Shown here: positions 19,777 through 29,319 of the stretch, piece after piece
Layout of the letters: each line of letters begins with the position of its first letter
How positions within the stretch are numbered: position 1 is the first letter of the stretch
Origin: Candidatus Woesearchaeota archaeon
Lineage (GTDB): Archaea > Nanobdellota > Nanobdellia > Woesearchaeales > 21-14-0-10-32-9
Assembly (NCBI GenBank): GCA_021736975.1
Contig: JAIPET010000004.1
Span: 2,008-66,007 of the forward strand
Direction of reading: 5' to 3'
Length of the DNA stretch: 64,000 nucleotides
Notes under the pieces: generated by a model
Told to the model about the DNA's origin: nothing
The model's database searches: none
Seen by the model: only the letters and a program-made list of their open reading frames with translations
Made by a program: the position numbers and the translations under genes

Positions 19777-19954
19777 AAATATATATTTTATGGAAATCTA
19801 TATAAAAATCCCATTGACAACTGTCCTGTGAAGTATTTTCTCGTCACGAAATATTTACTAAATGACTTATGAATTTTTTCGAACCATAACATTTATTAAT
19901 AACCTCCATTTGATAAAATTCACAGAAAAAAAAGAAACACAAGAGGCAATATAA

Positions 19955-20830
19955 ATGAAAATATTCTTAGATTCAGCAGACATAGACGAAATAAAAGAAG
20001 CATATTCATACGGAATAATAGATGGAATAACAACTAATCCAAGCCTAATAAAAAAAGCAGTAGATACAAGAATTACAAAAGGCGAAAAAATAGATATGAA
20101 AAAATATATCACAGAAATTCTAAAAGTAGCAAAAGGAACACCAGTCAGTTTAGAAGTAACAGAAACAACATACGACCGTATGATTCATCAAGGAAGAAAA
20201 CTGTACAAAACATTTAATCCGATTGCAAAGAATGTCGTAATAAAAATACCAATAAATACAGCATTCACAGATTCTGACGATAGACAAATGGACGGCATAA
20301 GAACAATAGCAACACTTAGCAAAGAAAAAATACCAATAAATTGCACACTAATATTCACACCAGAACAAGCACTACTAGCAGCAAAAGCAGGAGCAAAATA
20401 CGTAAGCCCATTTGCAGGAAGAATAGATGATGAAATTCGAGATTTAAACAGAATAAAATACGAAAAACACGACTATTTCCCTTTAGAAGGATTAGAAAAA
20501 GGAAAAGTTCTAGAAGATAATGGCGTAGTATCAGGAATAGACCTAATAGAACAATGCATAGACATAATAGACATGTACGAACTAGAAACAGAAGTTCTTG
20601 GTGCTTCAATAAGGAATGCAAGACAAACAAGAGAATGTGCACTTGCAGGAGCAGACATCGCAACTTTACCACTAAACGTAATACAAGACTTATTAAAACA
20701 TCACAAAACATACGAAGGCATGCAAAAATTCACAAAAGACATAGTAATAGAATACATGCACTTAATGAACGGATTTAAAAAAGAAAATACTAAAAAAAAC
20801 ACAAAAAGAAATAAATTCAAGAAAAAATAA
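19955..20830 (+). CDS. tal: transaldolase/fructose-6-phosphate aldolase family
   Basis: MKIFLDSADIDEIKEAYSYGIIDGITTNPSLI. SD-like AGAGG upstream. Confidence 0.8.
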   Translation: MKIFLDSADIDEIKEAYSYGIIDGITTNPSLIKKAVDTRITKGEKIDMKKYITEILKVAKGTPVSLEVTETTYDRMIHQGRKLYKTFNPIAKNVVIKIPINTAFTDSDDRQMDGIRTIATLSKEKIPINCTLIFTPEQALLAAKAGAKYVSPFAGRIDDEIRDLNRIKYEKHDYFPLEGLEKGKVLEDNGVVSGIDLIEQCIDIIDMYELETEVLGASIRNARQTRECALAGADIATLPLNVIQDLLKHHKTYEGMQKFTKDIVIEYMHLMNGFKKENTKKNTKRNKFKKK

Positions 20831-20833
20831 AAA

Positions 20834-21133
20834 TTATTTTAAATAATTTTTAAACAGATCAATTGACAACACATGCAAATTATTCTTAAATAAAGAATAA
20901 TGATTTTTTATATCCTCAAATTCCTCTTTATTTGGTACACTTAAATTCTCCTTAAAATCATCAAAAACACCATCACATAATTTCAAAAGCTTTTCTAAAT
21001 TAGAATCTGATTTATATAAATTAATAACCATATCATCCTTAATTGATGAAGAATTATATTTAACAACAAAATAAGAAGTAGGATAAGAAGATAAATTCTC
21101 CTTATATTTTAAAATAAAATAAACCAAATTCAC
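20834..21133 (-). CDS. hypothetical protein
   Basis: 99-aa ORF directly downstream of, and overlapping by 4 nt, the 21130-21570 gene. Confidence 0.35.
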   Translation of the reverse strand: MNLVYFILKYKENLSSYPTSYFVVKYNSSSIKDDMVINLYKSDSNLEKLLKLCDGVFDDFKENLSVPNKEEFEDIKNHYSLFKNNLHVLSIDLFKNYLK

Positions 21134-21570
21134 TCCACAATAATCAAAGCATCTAATTCAGTTGCACCTTTAATACAATTATTTGTGCATACAAAATTAT
21201 GAACTCCTTTTTCTTTAGCTATAAATTCATAATAAATACTTCCACTTTCATAGCTAATATCTACGATATCGACACCTGAAACTGTGAACGCAAAATCATC
21301 AACCATTTCAACATCACCAACTTTATCATTATCCCTAACATAATTAATATCTAGAATAACATGATCTCCTTGATTAACGTAAATAGTATCCGGTTCAACA
21401 ACATCACCTTCTATTGTCATAAAAAATTCTTTAACTTCTGCTTTTTGAACTGGTTCATTTCCTGATTCTTGTAAATTAAGAACAGGAGCATTTGTAACTT
21501 CTTCTTGAACATCACAAGCCGTAAAAACCACCAAAGCAATTATTGCCAAAATTAATAATAATCTTCTCAT
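21130..21570 (-). CDS. secreted cupredoxin-like lipoprotein (putative)
   Basis: Signal peptide plus Cys (LVVFTAC). Beta-sandwich-like pattern ending GVHNFVCTNNCIKGA. Confidence 0.45.
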   Translation of the reverse strand: MRRLLLILAIIALVVFTACDVQEEVTNAPVLNLQESGNEPVQKAEVKEFFMTIEGDVVEPDTIYVNQGDHVILDINYVRDNDKVGDVEMVDDFAFTVSGVDIVDISYESGSIYYEFIAKEKGVHNFVCTNNCIKGATELDALIIVE

Positions 21571-21664
21571 ACTAACCCTCCTAATATGTTTTCTACTCTT
21601 ACGTAGAAACTTTTTATATATAAATATATCTTATTTGTTTAAAAAGAACTTTTCAAAATAATAT

Positions 21665-22360
21665 TTAAACATGTTTTAATTTTTCAAACTTTGCAATAAC
21701 ATCATTTACTAATTTTAAATAATTAGAAACATCTTTTCTTCCAGGATCCATTGAAAGAATCTTCACACAATACGTTTTCCAATTCCTAAGATCATGCAAA
21801 AAATATTCTGGTTGCGTATGTAAAAAATTTCTAACAGCTTTTTTAAAACCATGCCCATCAGGAATATATTTAAGACTTTCAGACATATTAGTCAAAATAT
21901 CCACTACCTCCCTATAAATAGAACTCCATCTTAAAATTAACGGAGATACATCAACATCATTATCCAATGCATTGTATGTCTCTAACGAAATAGTTTCACC
22001 ATCAACATATCTAAACAAGACTCTATACTCCTTAAAAACGATATTAATTGCTTTAATAATACTTTCTAATCTTTCTTTATTAGGTGTATCTGAAGGTAGC
22101 GCACTCACAAGACTATTAACATTTAAAATAATATCATTTGCTTTGTCAAATTCATTATTTGAAATTAAATTAATTGCAGATTTAAGAGTGTCCGAAATAA
22201 TATTTTCTTGACTAATAATCTTAATTTGTCTTTTTGAATCAAGCTTTTTAAAATCATCAGATCTTGATAATTCTCTAACCCCAAAAAATCCCAAAGCAAC
22301 AACAAAAGTTGCAATAATATATTGCTTAACCTTTCCAGATTTAAAATTAAATTTCGACAT
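21665..22360 (-). CDS. hypothetical N-terminally membrane-anchored protein
   Basis: 231 aa, one N-terminal TM helix. Confidence 0.4.
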   Translation of the reverse strand: MSKFNFKSGKVKQYIIATFVVALGFFGVRELSRSDDFKKLDSKRQIKIISQENIISDTLKSAINLISNNEFDKANDIILNVNSLVSALPSDTPNKERLESIIKAINIVFKEYRVLFRYVDGETISLETYNALDNDVDVSPLILRWSSIYREVVDILTNMSESLKYIPDGHGFKKAVRNFLHTQPEYFLHDLRNWKTYCVKILSMDPGRKDVSNYLKLVNDVIAKFEKLKHV

Positions 22361-22399
22361 AGTACTAACAATTATGAAAAATCTTTAAAAATGTTTTCT

Positions 22400-23737
22400 T
22401 TAGAAAACTAATTCTTTTCTCAAATCTTCAATCTTGACCCTTTTCTGCTCAGTCGTATCTCTATTTCTAATTGTGACTGTTCCATCTTCTAAAGTATCAA
22501 AATCAATAGTCACACAATAAGGAGTCCCAATTTCATCCATTCTCGCATAACGTCTACCAATACTACCAGATTCATCATAAAAAGCAACAAAATCTAGTTT
22601 CAAAGAATCAAATAATTCTTGAGCTTTTTCTTTTAAACCGCCTTTTTTAACTAAAGGTAAAACCGCAACTTTAATAGGCGCAAGTTTAGGATGTAAACGT
22701 AAAACAATATTTCCTCTTTCTTTATCATCTTCATATGCTTCATACAAAAGCAATAATAAAGTTCTATCAAGACCAGCTGAAGTTTCAATTATATGCGGCA
22801 CAAAACTTTCCTTTTTTTCTTCATCAAAATAATCAAGTTTTTGTTTACTATGTTTTGAATGAGTAGATAAATCCCAATCACCTCTATCATGAATTCCTTC
22901 AATTTCCTTCCATCCAAAGGGAAACTTATATTCTATATCCTCAGCTCTTTTCGCATAATGAGCCAATTCGCCTTTTTCATGAGCTCTATATCTAAGGTGT
23001 TCTCTTTTAACACCTAAATTTAAATAAAAATTTGTTCTTTGCTCCTGCCAATATTTAAACCACGTTTCTCTATCTTTAGGATCAATAAAAAATTGCATTT
23101 CCATTTGTTCAAATTCTCTACATCTAAACAAAAAATTTCTTGGACTAATCTCATTTCTAAACGCCTTACCTATTTGAGCAATACCAAACGGAACTTTCAT
23201 TCGCGCATTTTGCTGAATTAATTTATAATCCAAATAAATCATTTGAGTAGTTTCCCCTCTAAGATAACCTTTAACTTTTTTTGCACCAATACTAAGAGGA
23301 AACATCAAATTAAAAGATTCACATGTTTTAAACTTCTTACCATTAGGTCCTGTCAAATTATTATCTTTTATTAAATTGTTAACTTCATCAGCAGACACAC
23401 CATCAAAACTCTTACCAAGTTTTTCCTCTAAAAAAACATCTGCCCTAACTTCAAAAGAACCATCTTCTGAAACTAGCATTAAATCAGAAAAATTCTCTAA
23501 ATGACCTGATGCTTGCCAAACAGATTCCGGAGAAATAATAGATCCATCCATACCAACAACATCTGATCTAGAATTAACCATGAATTTCCACCATTCATTA
23601 ATAATATTTTTCTTAAGTTCCACACCATAAGGACCATAATCAAAAAAACCAGCTAAACCACCATAAATTTCAGCACTAGGATAAATAAATCCTTTTCTCT
23701 TACAAAACGAAGCCATATCATCAATATTTAATGTCAT
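22400..23737 (-). CDS. glyS: glycyl-tRNA synthetase, archaeal/eukaryotic dimeric type
   Basis: N-terminal FCKRKGFIYPSAEIYGGLAGFFDYGPYG, class II motifs, C-terminal anticodon-binding domain. 445 aa. Confidence 0.9.
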   Translation of the reverse strand: MTLNIDDMASFCKRKGFIYPSAEIYGGLAGFFDYGPYGVELKKNIINEWWKFMVNSRSDVVGMDGSIISPESVWQASGHLENFSDLMLVSEDGSFEVRADVFLEEKLGKSFDGVSADEVNNLIKDNNLTGPNGKKFKTCESFNLMFPLSIGAKKVKGYLRGETTQMIYLDYKLIQQNARMKVPFGIAQIGKAFRNEISPRNFLFRCREFEQMEMQFFIDPKDRETWFKYWQEQRTNFYLNLGVKREHLRYRAHEKGELAHYAKRAEDIEYKFPFGWKEIEGIHDRGDWDLSTHSKHSKQKLDYFDEEKKESFVPHIIETSAGLDRTLLLLLYEAYEDDKERGNIVLRLHPKLAPIKVAVLPLVKKGGLKEKAQELFDSLKLDFVAFYDESGSIGRRYARMDEIGTPYCVTIDFDTLEDGTVTIRNRDTTEQKRVKIEDLRKELVF

Positions 23738-23849
23738 AACAATAAAAAACTAAAGAACATTAATAAATTTATTGATAAAAAAATAAAAAAATTCAAAATT
23801 AAAGATAAAAAATTAAAATAATGAAAAATAATAAGAACTAATTATAAAA

Positions 23850-25379
23850 TTATCTTCTTCTGTTTCCTCTTGGTGCTCCGCCAGAAGACCTATTACCAGA
23901 AGATCTACCACCTGCAAAACCACCAGAAGACCTATTACCAGAACTTCCACCAGACCTACCGCCAGAAGAACCGCCAGAAGACCTATTACCAGATCCTCCT
24001 CTTCTATCTCCTGAACCCTCTTGATTTCCCCTACTATAATTACTTCTTTTAGAAGAATTAGAATCATCATTTAATCTATTAGAATTACCAGACGATCTAC
24101 CTGAAGACCTGCCACCTGCAGAACCACCAGACGATCTACCACCATATCTACTAGGAGGCCTACCGCCACCAGAGCCTCCACGTTTTCCACCGTTTCCACC
24201 ACTCCTATAATTGCCTCTTCTATCTCCAGAATTATTTGAATCTCCTCTAGACTGAACAATTTGAACATTAGGCAACTCTTTTGGAATCTCTTGCTTTTTA
24301 ATATCTAAAGTAAAAGATTGATTTAATCTTCCAAAATTCTGATGATCATTCTGAGAAAGAATAGTTATAGCAATACCTTCTTTTCCAGCTCTCGCAGTTC
24401 TACCAATTCTATGTACATATTGCTTTGGATCCTTAGGCACATCAAAATTATAAACATGCGAAACACTAGGAATATCTAATCCTCTAGCTGCAACATCAGT
24501 ACAAACCATAACAGAAACTTCCGATTTATGAAAATCTTGTAAAACCTTGCTTCTTCTATCTTGCGAAAAACCACCATGAATTGCTTTAGCCCTAATATTT
24601 TGAGCATTCAAATTCTTAGTAACAAAATCAACATTATCCCTACTATTACAAAAAACCATGACAAGACCAGGTTTTTCATTCTTAATTAAAGAAATCAATA
24701 AAGATAACTTTTGATTAGGTCTCACATCATAATAAACTTGTTTTAATTTTGTAGGATCAACTTGATTCTTAACAGCTACATCAACAGGATCTTTTAAGAA
24801 CCATTTAGAAACTCTTCTAATTTCAGGCGTGATAGTTGCAGAAAACAATAAAGTTTGTCTTTGTTTAGGACAAACAGAAACTATTCTTCTAACATCATCA
24901 ATGAAACCCATATCAAGCATAGTATCTGCTTCATCTAAAACAACAAAATGAGTTTCAGAAAAATCAATAGTCTCCCTTTCCATATGATCCATTATCCTAC
25001 CAGGGGTACCAACAACAACATCAGCCCTTCTAAGATTTTCAATTTGAGGATTAATAGAAACACCGCCATAAACAGAAACAACTTTCAATTTTTTATGTTT
25101 AGAAAATTTCTTGATAGCATCACTAACTTGCTCAGCTAACTCTCTAGTTGGAACAAGAATAAGTGATTGAACCACACTTTTCTTTTCAACATACTCAATA
25201 ACACCACACGCAAATGCAAGTGTTTTTCCAGAACCTGTTGCACTACCCGCAATAACATCTTTACCTTCTTGAATCAAAGGAATAGTTTTCTTTTGAATCT
25301 CTGTAGGTTCAGTAAAACCTTCTTCAGATATTACTTTTAGCACTGGTTCTATTATATTTAATTTTTCAAATTCATTCAT
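23850..25379 (-). CDS. DEAD-box ATP-dependent RNA helicase with about 150-aa C-terminal RGG/Gly-Ser-rich low-complexity tail
   Basis: Q-motif/TEPTEIQ, AGSATGSGKT, DEAD, SAT, HRIGRTARAG. Tail made of repeated GGRSSG/RGG units. Confidence 0.9.
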   Translation of the reverse strand: MNEFEKLNIIEPVLKVISEEGFTEPTEIQKKTIPLIQEGKDVIAGSATGSGKTLAFACGVIEYVEKKSVVQSLILVPTRELAEQVSDAIKKFSKHKKLKVVSVYGGVSINPQIENLRRADVVVGTPGRIMDHMERETIDFSETHFVVLDEADTMLDMGFIDDVRRIVSVCPKQRQTLLFSATITPEIRRVSKWFLKDPVDVAVKNQVDPTKLKQVYYDVRPNQKLSLLISLIKNEKPGLVMVFCNSRDNVDFVTKNLNAQNIRAKAIHGGFSQDRRSKVLQDFHKSEVSVMVCTDVAARGLDIPSVSHVYNFDVPKDPKQYVHRIGRTARAGKEGIAITILSQNDHQNFGRLNQSFTLDIKKQEIPKELPNVQIVQSRGDSNNSGDRRGNYRSGGNGGKRGGSGGGRPPSRYGGRSSGGSAGGRSSGRSSGNSNRLNDDSNSSKRSNYSRGNQEGSGDRRGGSGNRSSGGSSGGRSGGSSGNRSSGGFAGGRSSGNRSSGGAPRGNRRR

Positions 25380-25507
25380 TTAAATCTCCTGTTTTTTAGT
25401 TTTTTAAGTTAGTAAGAAAAAGTCAATTGATATTTAGGTCATCACATATCAGCATATGCTTTTTCTTGGACCATTTGTACTTAATAAGTAACAAGACTAC
25501 AGATTCA

Positions 25508-25515
25508 TTTATAAA
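25508..25515 (+). promoter_or_regulatory. TATA box (TTTATAAA) positioned to initiate at the 5' end of Family-1 element copy 2
   Basis: Box ends about 21 nt upstream of 25536. Archaeal TATA boxes are centred near -26/-27. Confidence 0.35.
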
Positions 25516-25535
25516 ATCTTTCATTTAAATAATTC

Positions 25536-25658
25536 GGCTCTGGCCGGAAAAGAATAAATTTGTATACTGGAACACGGCACAACCTATGCATTCTCTTCGA
25601 GACTGCATGTACCTCAATGGGCGCCAGTATACACAAAAGCGTTATTCCGGCTAGAACC
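25536..25658. repeat. Family-1 palindromic element, copy 2 (candidate structured ncRNA or MITE-like element)
   Basis: GGCTCTGGCCGGAAAAGAATAAATTTGTATACTGGA ... GCCAGTATACACAAAAGCGTTATTCCGGCTAGAACC. About 35-nt imperfect terminal inverted repeat homologous to 4300-4463. Confidence 0.5.
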
Positions 25659-25672
25659 AATAATTCAAATCA

Positions 25673-25680
25673 TTTATAAA
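25673..25680 (+). promoter_or_regulatory. TATA box (TTTATAAA) for the RIO kinase gene (leaderless GTG start at 25702)
   Basis: Box is 22-29 nt upstream of the GTG that opens the only long frame. Confidence 0.4.
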
Positions 25681-25701
25681 TGAAAATGCTTTCTTTAAGA
25701 T

Positions 25702-26439
25702 GTGGTTAGAAAATCAAGAAAATCAAGAGAAGAATGGAAAATATACAAAAATGTATTTGACCAGTTTACAACAAGAAAACTCTTTGAACTAACAAGCCAA
25801 GGACACATAGGCGATTTAGAACAACCAATAGCGCTTGGAAAAGAAGCAAACATATTCATAGCACACAACAAAGAAAATGTTCCTGTAATCGTAAAAATAT
25901 ACAGATTAGAAAACTGCAATTTTAACAAAATGCACTCATACATCAGCGTAGACCCACGATTCATAGGACTAGAAAATCAAAAACGAAAAATAATATTTAG
26001 CTGGGTACAAAGAGAATACAGAAACCTAATGATCGCAAGAGAAAAAATCAAAGTACCAAAACCAATATTATTTAGAGACAACATACTACTAATGGAAATG
26101 ATAGGAGAAGAAGAACCAGCACAACAACTAAAAAATTTACCGCCAGAAAACCCAGATGAATTTGCAAAAAAAATAATAAAAAACATAGAACTACTACTAA
26201 AAGCAGAACTAGTACACGGAGATTTATCAGATTTTAACATTTTAAACCTAAATGAAGAACCAATATTCATAGATTTTAGCCAAGCAACACCTATAGGCAC
26301 AAATGGCGCAAGAGAAATGCTAGAAAGAGACATAAAAAACGCTCTAAACTGCTTTAAAAGAACATTAAAACTAGATTTAAACAAAATAACAGAGAAGCTA
26401 CTAAAAAAATATGATGAGCTAGCTTCTGACAAGCTTTAA
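25702..26439 (+). CDS. RIO-type serine protein kinase
   Basis: GKEANIF, VIVKIYR, LVHGDLSDFNIL (RIO catalytic loop). GTG start. Confidence 0.75.
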   Translation: MVRKSRKSREEWKIYKNVFDQFTTRKLFELTSQGHIGDLEQPIALGKEANIFIAHNKENVPVIVKIYRLENCNFNKMHSYISVDPRFIGLENQKRKIIFSWVQREYRNLMIAREKIKVPKPILFRDNILLMEMIGEEEPAQQLKNLPPENPDEFAKKIIKNIELLLKAELVHGDLSDFNILNLNEEPIFIDFSQATPIGTNGAREMLERDIKNALNCFKRTLKLDLNKITEKLLKKYDELASDKL

Positions 26440-26464
26440 AAAACAAAGAAGATTACTAATAAAA

Positions 26465-27004
26465 ATGGACTTCAAATACGAACTAAAAATTCCAAAAGAA
26501 AGAATCGCAGTACTTATAGGAACAAACGGAGAAACAAAAAAAGAATTAGAAGAATACTCCAAAACATACCTAGACATAGACAGCAAAGAAGGCGACGTAA
26601 CAATCAAAGGCGAAGACTCCATAAATATGTTCGCACTAAAAGAAGTAATAAGAGCAATAGGTAGAGGATTTAATCCAGAAATAGCAAGACTATTACTAAA
26701 ACAAGATTACGTTCTAGAAGTCATGCCTATGCTAGACTACTTAAAAAACAAAGATCATATACCAAGAGTAAAGGGACGAATAATAGGCTCTGGAGGAAAA
26801 TCAAGATCAACAATAGAAACCCTAACAGAAACATTCATCGTAATCTATGGAAAAACAATTAGCATAATAGGCGAAAGCCAAGGTGTAATGTCAGCAAAAA
26901 AAGCGATCGAATCACTAATAGCAGGAAGCCCACATGCAAACGTATACAAATGGCTAGAAAAAAACAGAAAAAAGATGAAAGAACAACAAATCAAAAGCTG
27001 GTAA
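26465..27004 (+). CDS. KH-domain RNA-binding protein (archaeal Dim2/Pno1-like), conserved neighbour of RIO kinase
   Basis: Two KH-like modules (IAVLIGTNGETKKELEE; GRIIGSGGKSRSTIE). Confidence 0.6.
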   Translation: MDFKYELKIPKERIAVLIGTNGETKKELEEYSKTYLDIDSKEGDVTIKGEDSINMFALKEVIRAIGRGFNPEIARLLLKQDYVLEVMPMLDYLKNKDHIPRVKGRIIGSGGKSRSTIETLTETFIVIYGKTISIIGESQGVMSAKKAIESLIAGSPHANVYKWLEKNRKKMKEQQIKSW

Positions 27005-27045
27005 AAAACAAGAGAAAATAAATCTAAATTATTAACAATTAAATT

Positions 27046-27480
27046 TTATTGACTATTTAAAACAAAAACTTCCAAAGCCCTAAAACAAAAAGTTCTTTCA
27101 AAAGGATTATTCAAAAGCCTACAATCAAAACCATTTTCAACTTCAACCCTATAACAAGCATCTTTATCTAAATCCATACCAAGAATATTTTTACAAGAAA
27201 TAATTGTAGATTCATTATAACTACTAGAATTATCCTTAATAACAACAGTAGTTGGATTTTTTAACAATAAAACAATAAGAATAGCAAGAAACGCAACTAA
27301 TAAAATTATAAAAGCAAAAGCTACATAAACCATTTTTCTTGCAGAATAAACACTATTAACAAGCTCATCAACCTCTTTATCAGACCAACCAGCCTCCCGT
27401 AACCTATACTTAAGATTTCCAGGATGAACCCCTTTATTCTTTTGATCCTTCACATATTTTAGAAGCCTATCATCAACCAT
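27046..27480 (-). CDS. hypothetical membrane protein with N-terminal cytoplasmic helical domain
   Basis: 144 aa, one central TM helix. Confidence 0.4.
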   Translation of the reverse strand: MVDDRLLKYVKDQKNKGVHPGNLKYRLREAGWSDKEVDELVNSVYSARKMVYVAFAFIILLVAFLAILIVLLLKNPTTVVIKDNSSSYNESTIISCKNILGMDLDKDACYRVEVENGFDCRLLNNPFERTFCFRALEVFVLNSQ

Positions 27481-27540
27481 ATAATTCCTCTTTTTAAATA
27501 AATATTAACAAAGATGTTTTTAAAGGTTTCTTATTTTTTC

Positions 27541-28146
27541 CTACATATTCTTCAAGAAATATTTTTTTAAATAACGCTTCTGAAAATTATCAGGATATAT
27601 TCTAGATCTTTCAAAGCTCCAAGCTCCTGAATTTTTAACCCATTCACCAAATTCGATGAAATTATTTTCTAAAAAACTCTCATATTTAGTTCTGAATTTA
27701 TCAGATTCTTTTCTTAAAACATTTCTATCGTTAAGATCGACGTCAATTAGATAATCACTTGGAGTTCTTCCAAAAATTAAGGTGTTTTTTACTCCTGCAC
27801 ATTTCAAAACTTGTTTTGCTTCATTCACAAAAGCATCAGAACTCTTTTCATGCTTAAGAGGTTTTTCTGAATAAATTATATAATGAACTAACCCCTTATC
27901 TGAAAACTTTAATGGCCCTCTAAAAAAACTATAAGTCATATCCTTTGATGAACTTACAAGGGTTTCTGACCTAGATGTGAGATCATCAAGAAATTCATTT
28001 TCTCGACCTCTTTTCATAATAAAAAAAACATCTATATCTTTTTTCATATCTAAATATTCAGGTTGCGAACCTGCTAAAAACATAGAACCTATGTTCTCTT
28101 TGTTCAAATTATTTTTCAAATAGTTAATTATTTTTTTAGTTTTCAT
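27541..28146 (-). CDS. hypothetical protein with Pol-beta-type nucleotidyltransferase motif
   Basis: GSQPEYLDMKKDIDV fits hG[GS]x9-13DhD. Confidence 0.35.
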   Translation of the reverse strand: MKTKKIINYLKNNLNKENIGSMFLAGSQPEYLDMKKDIDVFFIMKRGRENEFLDDLTSRSETLVSSSKDMTYSFFRGPLKFSDKGLVHYIIYSEKPLKHEKSSDAFVNEAKQVLKCAGVKNTLIFGRTPSDYLIDVDLNDRNVLRKESDKFRTKYESFLENNFIEFGEWVKNSGAWSFERSRIYPDNFQKRYLKKYFLKNM

Positions 28147-28220
28147 AAACTCACCTTTTTGTTACTATTTAGTAGTTCTGTAGAAACATTTATATTTTAG
28201 CCACCACCACAGTGACTGTA

Positions 28221-28949
28221 ATGACACAAATAGAACTTTTAGAATTAGAAGAAGCAGGACTTAACAAATATGAATCCACAGCATATCAATCACTAGTAAA
28301 ACTAGGAACAACAACTGCATCAAGAATAAGCAAAGACTCTGGAGTGCCTCATAGCAGAATATATGATGTTCTTGATTCATTAGAACACAAAGGGCTTGTA
28401 AAAGTATTTCCAGATAAGACAAAAAGATTCACTGCTACAAATCCAGAAAATCTTATAAAACTAATAGAAGAAAAAAAGAAAAAAATAGAAATAACAGAAA
28501 AAAAACTCGTAGAACTTAAACAAATATATGAAGAAAAAGAAACAGAACCTGTATTAATAGCGACCGGTAAAAAGAATTTTCATTTATTGATGAAAGAAAT
28601 ACCAAGTGCAAAAACATTCAACTATGCAGTACGATACATGGCAGATACAAGACCTGAATTTATAAGAAAAACAAAAACACATATAAAAAAAGGACTAGAT
28701 GAAAAATCACTAATAAGATATGATGAAGAAACAAAGAAGAACGCAGACAAATTTCTAAAAGAAACAAAAGTAAACGCAAAACAAATAGAAAACGAAGGCG
28801 TAATAATGTCTTTAAACGATAACGCACTTCTTTTAGGATTAATAAAATCAAACACAACCCTATTAATCAAAGATAAAGCATTCATAAACTTCATGAAAAA
28901 AGCATACAATGCACTATATAAAACCGCAAAACCAATAAAAAAAAATTAA
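28221..28949 (+). CDS. TrmB-family transcriptional regulator
   Basis: N-terminal wHTH LGLNKYESTAYQSLVKLGTTTASRISKDSGVPHSRIYDVLDSLEHKGLV. Start moved to ATG 28221. Confidence 0.65.
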   Translation: MTQIELLELEEAGLNKYESTAYQSLVKLGTTTASRISKDSGVPHSRIYDVLDSLEHKGLVKVFPDKTKRFTATNPENLIKLIEEKKKKIEITEKKLVELKQIYEEKETEPVLIATGKKNFHLLMKEIPSAKTFNYAVRYMADTRPEFIRKTKTHIKKGLDEKSLIRYDEETKKNADKFLKETKVNAKQIENEGVIMSLNDNALLLGLIKSNTTLLIKDKAFINFMKKAYNALYKTAKPIKKN

Positions 28950-29221
28950 TTAGACTTTTTCTTTTTCTTAACAAAATAAATAATAATATCAATCAAAAAA
29001 CCAAAAATCAGTACAACAGGACTACAAAGAACATAAAAAATCAAAGGATGATAAATGCAAGCAGAAAAAGAAGAACCGCCTTCCCAAAGAAAACCCTCGG
29101 AACAACTCCAATCATTTTTTAAACCATTAGAAACAATTAGTAAGATAAAAAAAAGAGTATAAATTAGAAAAAACCCAAAAGCAAATTTATTTTTAAAAAT
29201 AAACGATTTCAAACCCAACAT
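28946..29221 (-). CDS. small hypothetical membrane protein (weak)
   Basis: 91-aa ORF, two hydrophobic segments. Could be spurious. Confidence 0.25.
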   Translation of the reverse strand: MLGLKSFIFKNKFAFGFFLIYTLFFILLIVSNGLKNDWSCSEGFLWEGGSSFSACIYHPLIFYVLCSPVVLIFGFLIDIIIYFVKKKKKSN

Positions 29222-29319
29222 AATCCCCTAATCTTAAAAAAAGAAGTTCAAATATAAAATACTATCTATTAAAAGTAACACCAAAACAAATATAAATAAA
29301 CCTAAAAGAATAAATTAAC

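Noticed and set aside
19810-20870. Bacterial-like TTGACA hexamers (CCATTGACAACT at 19815, CAATTGACAACA at 20861) as sigma70 -35 boxes
   Set aside because: No properly spaced TATAAT -10 element is present and the organism reads as archaeal. Archaeal-type TATA boxes are present instead, so the TTGAC recurrence was folded into the Family-1 and Family-3 discussion.
25536-25658. Considered 5S rRNA for the 123-nt Family-1 copy 2 (terminal helix, GAACACGG resembling the 5S CCGAACACGGAAG segment)
   Set aside because: The loop-E-like AGUA segments are on opposite arms rather than within the 3' half. There is no GAAGUUAAGC or CCGAAC, and copy 1 (164 nt) has a different interior. The architecture is one long hairpin, not the three-arm 5S fold.
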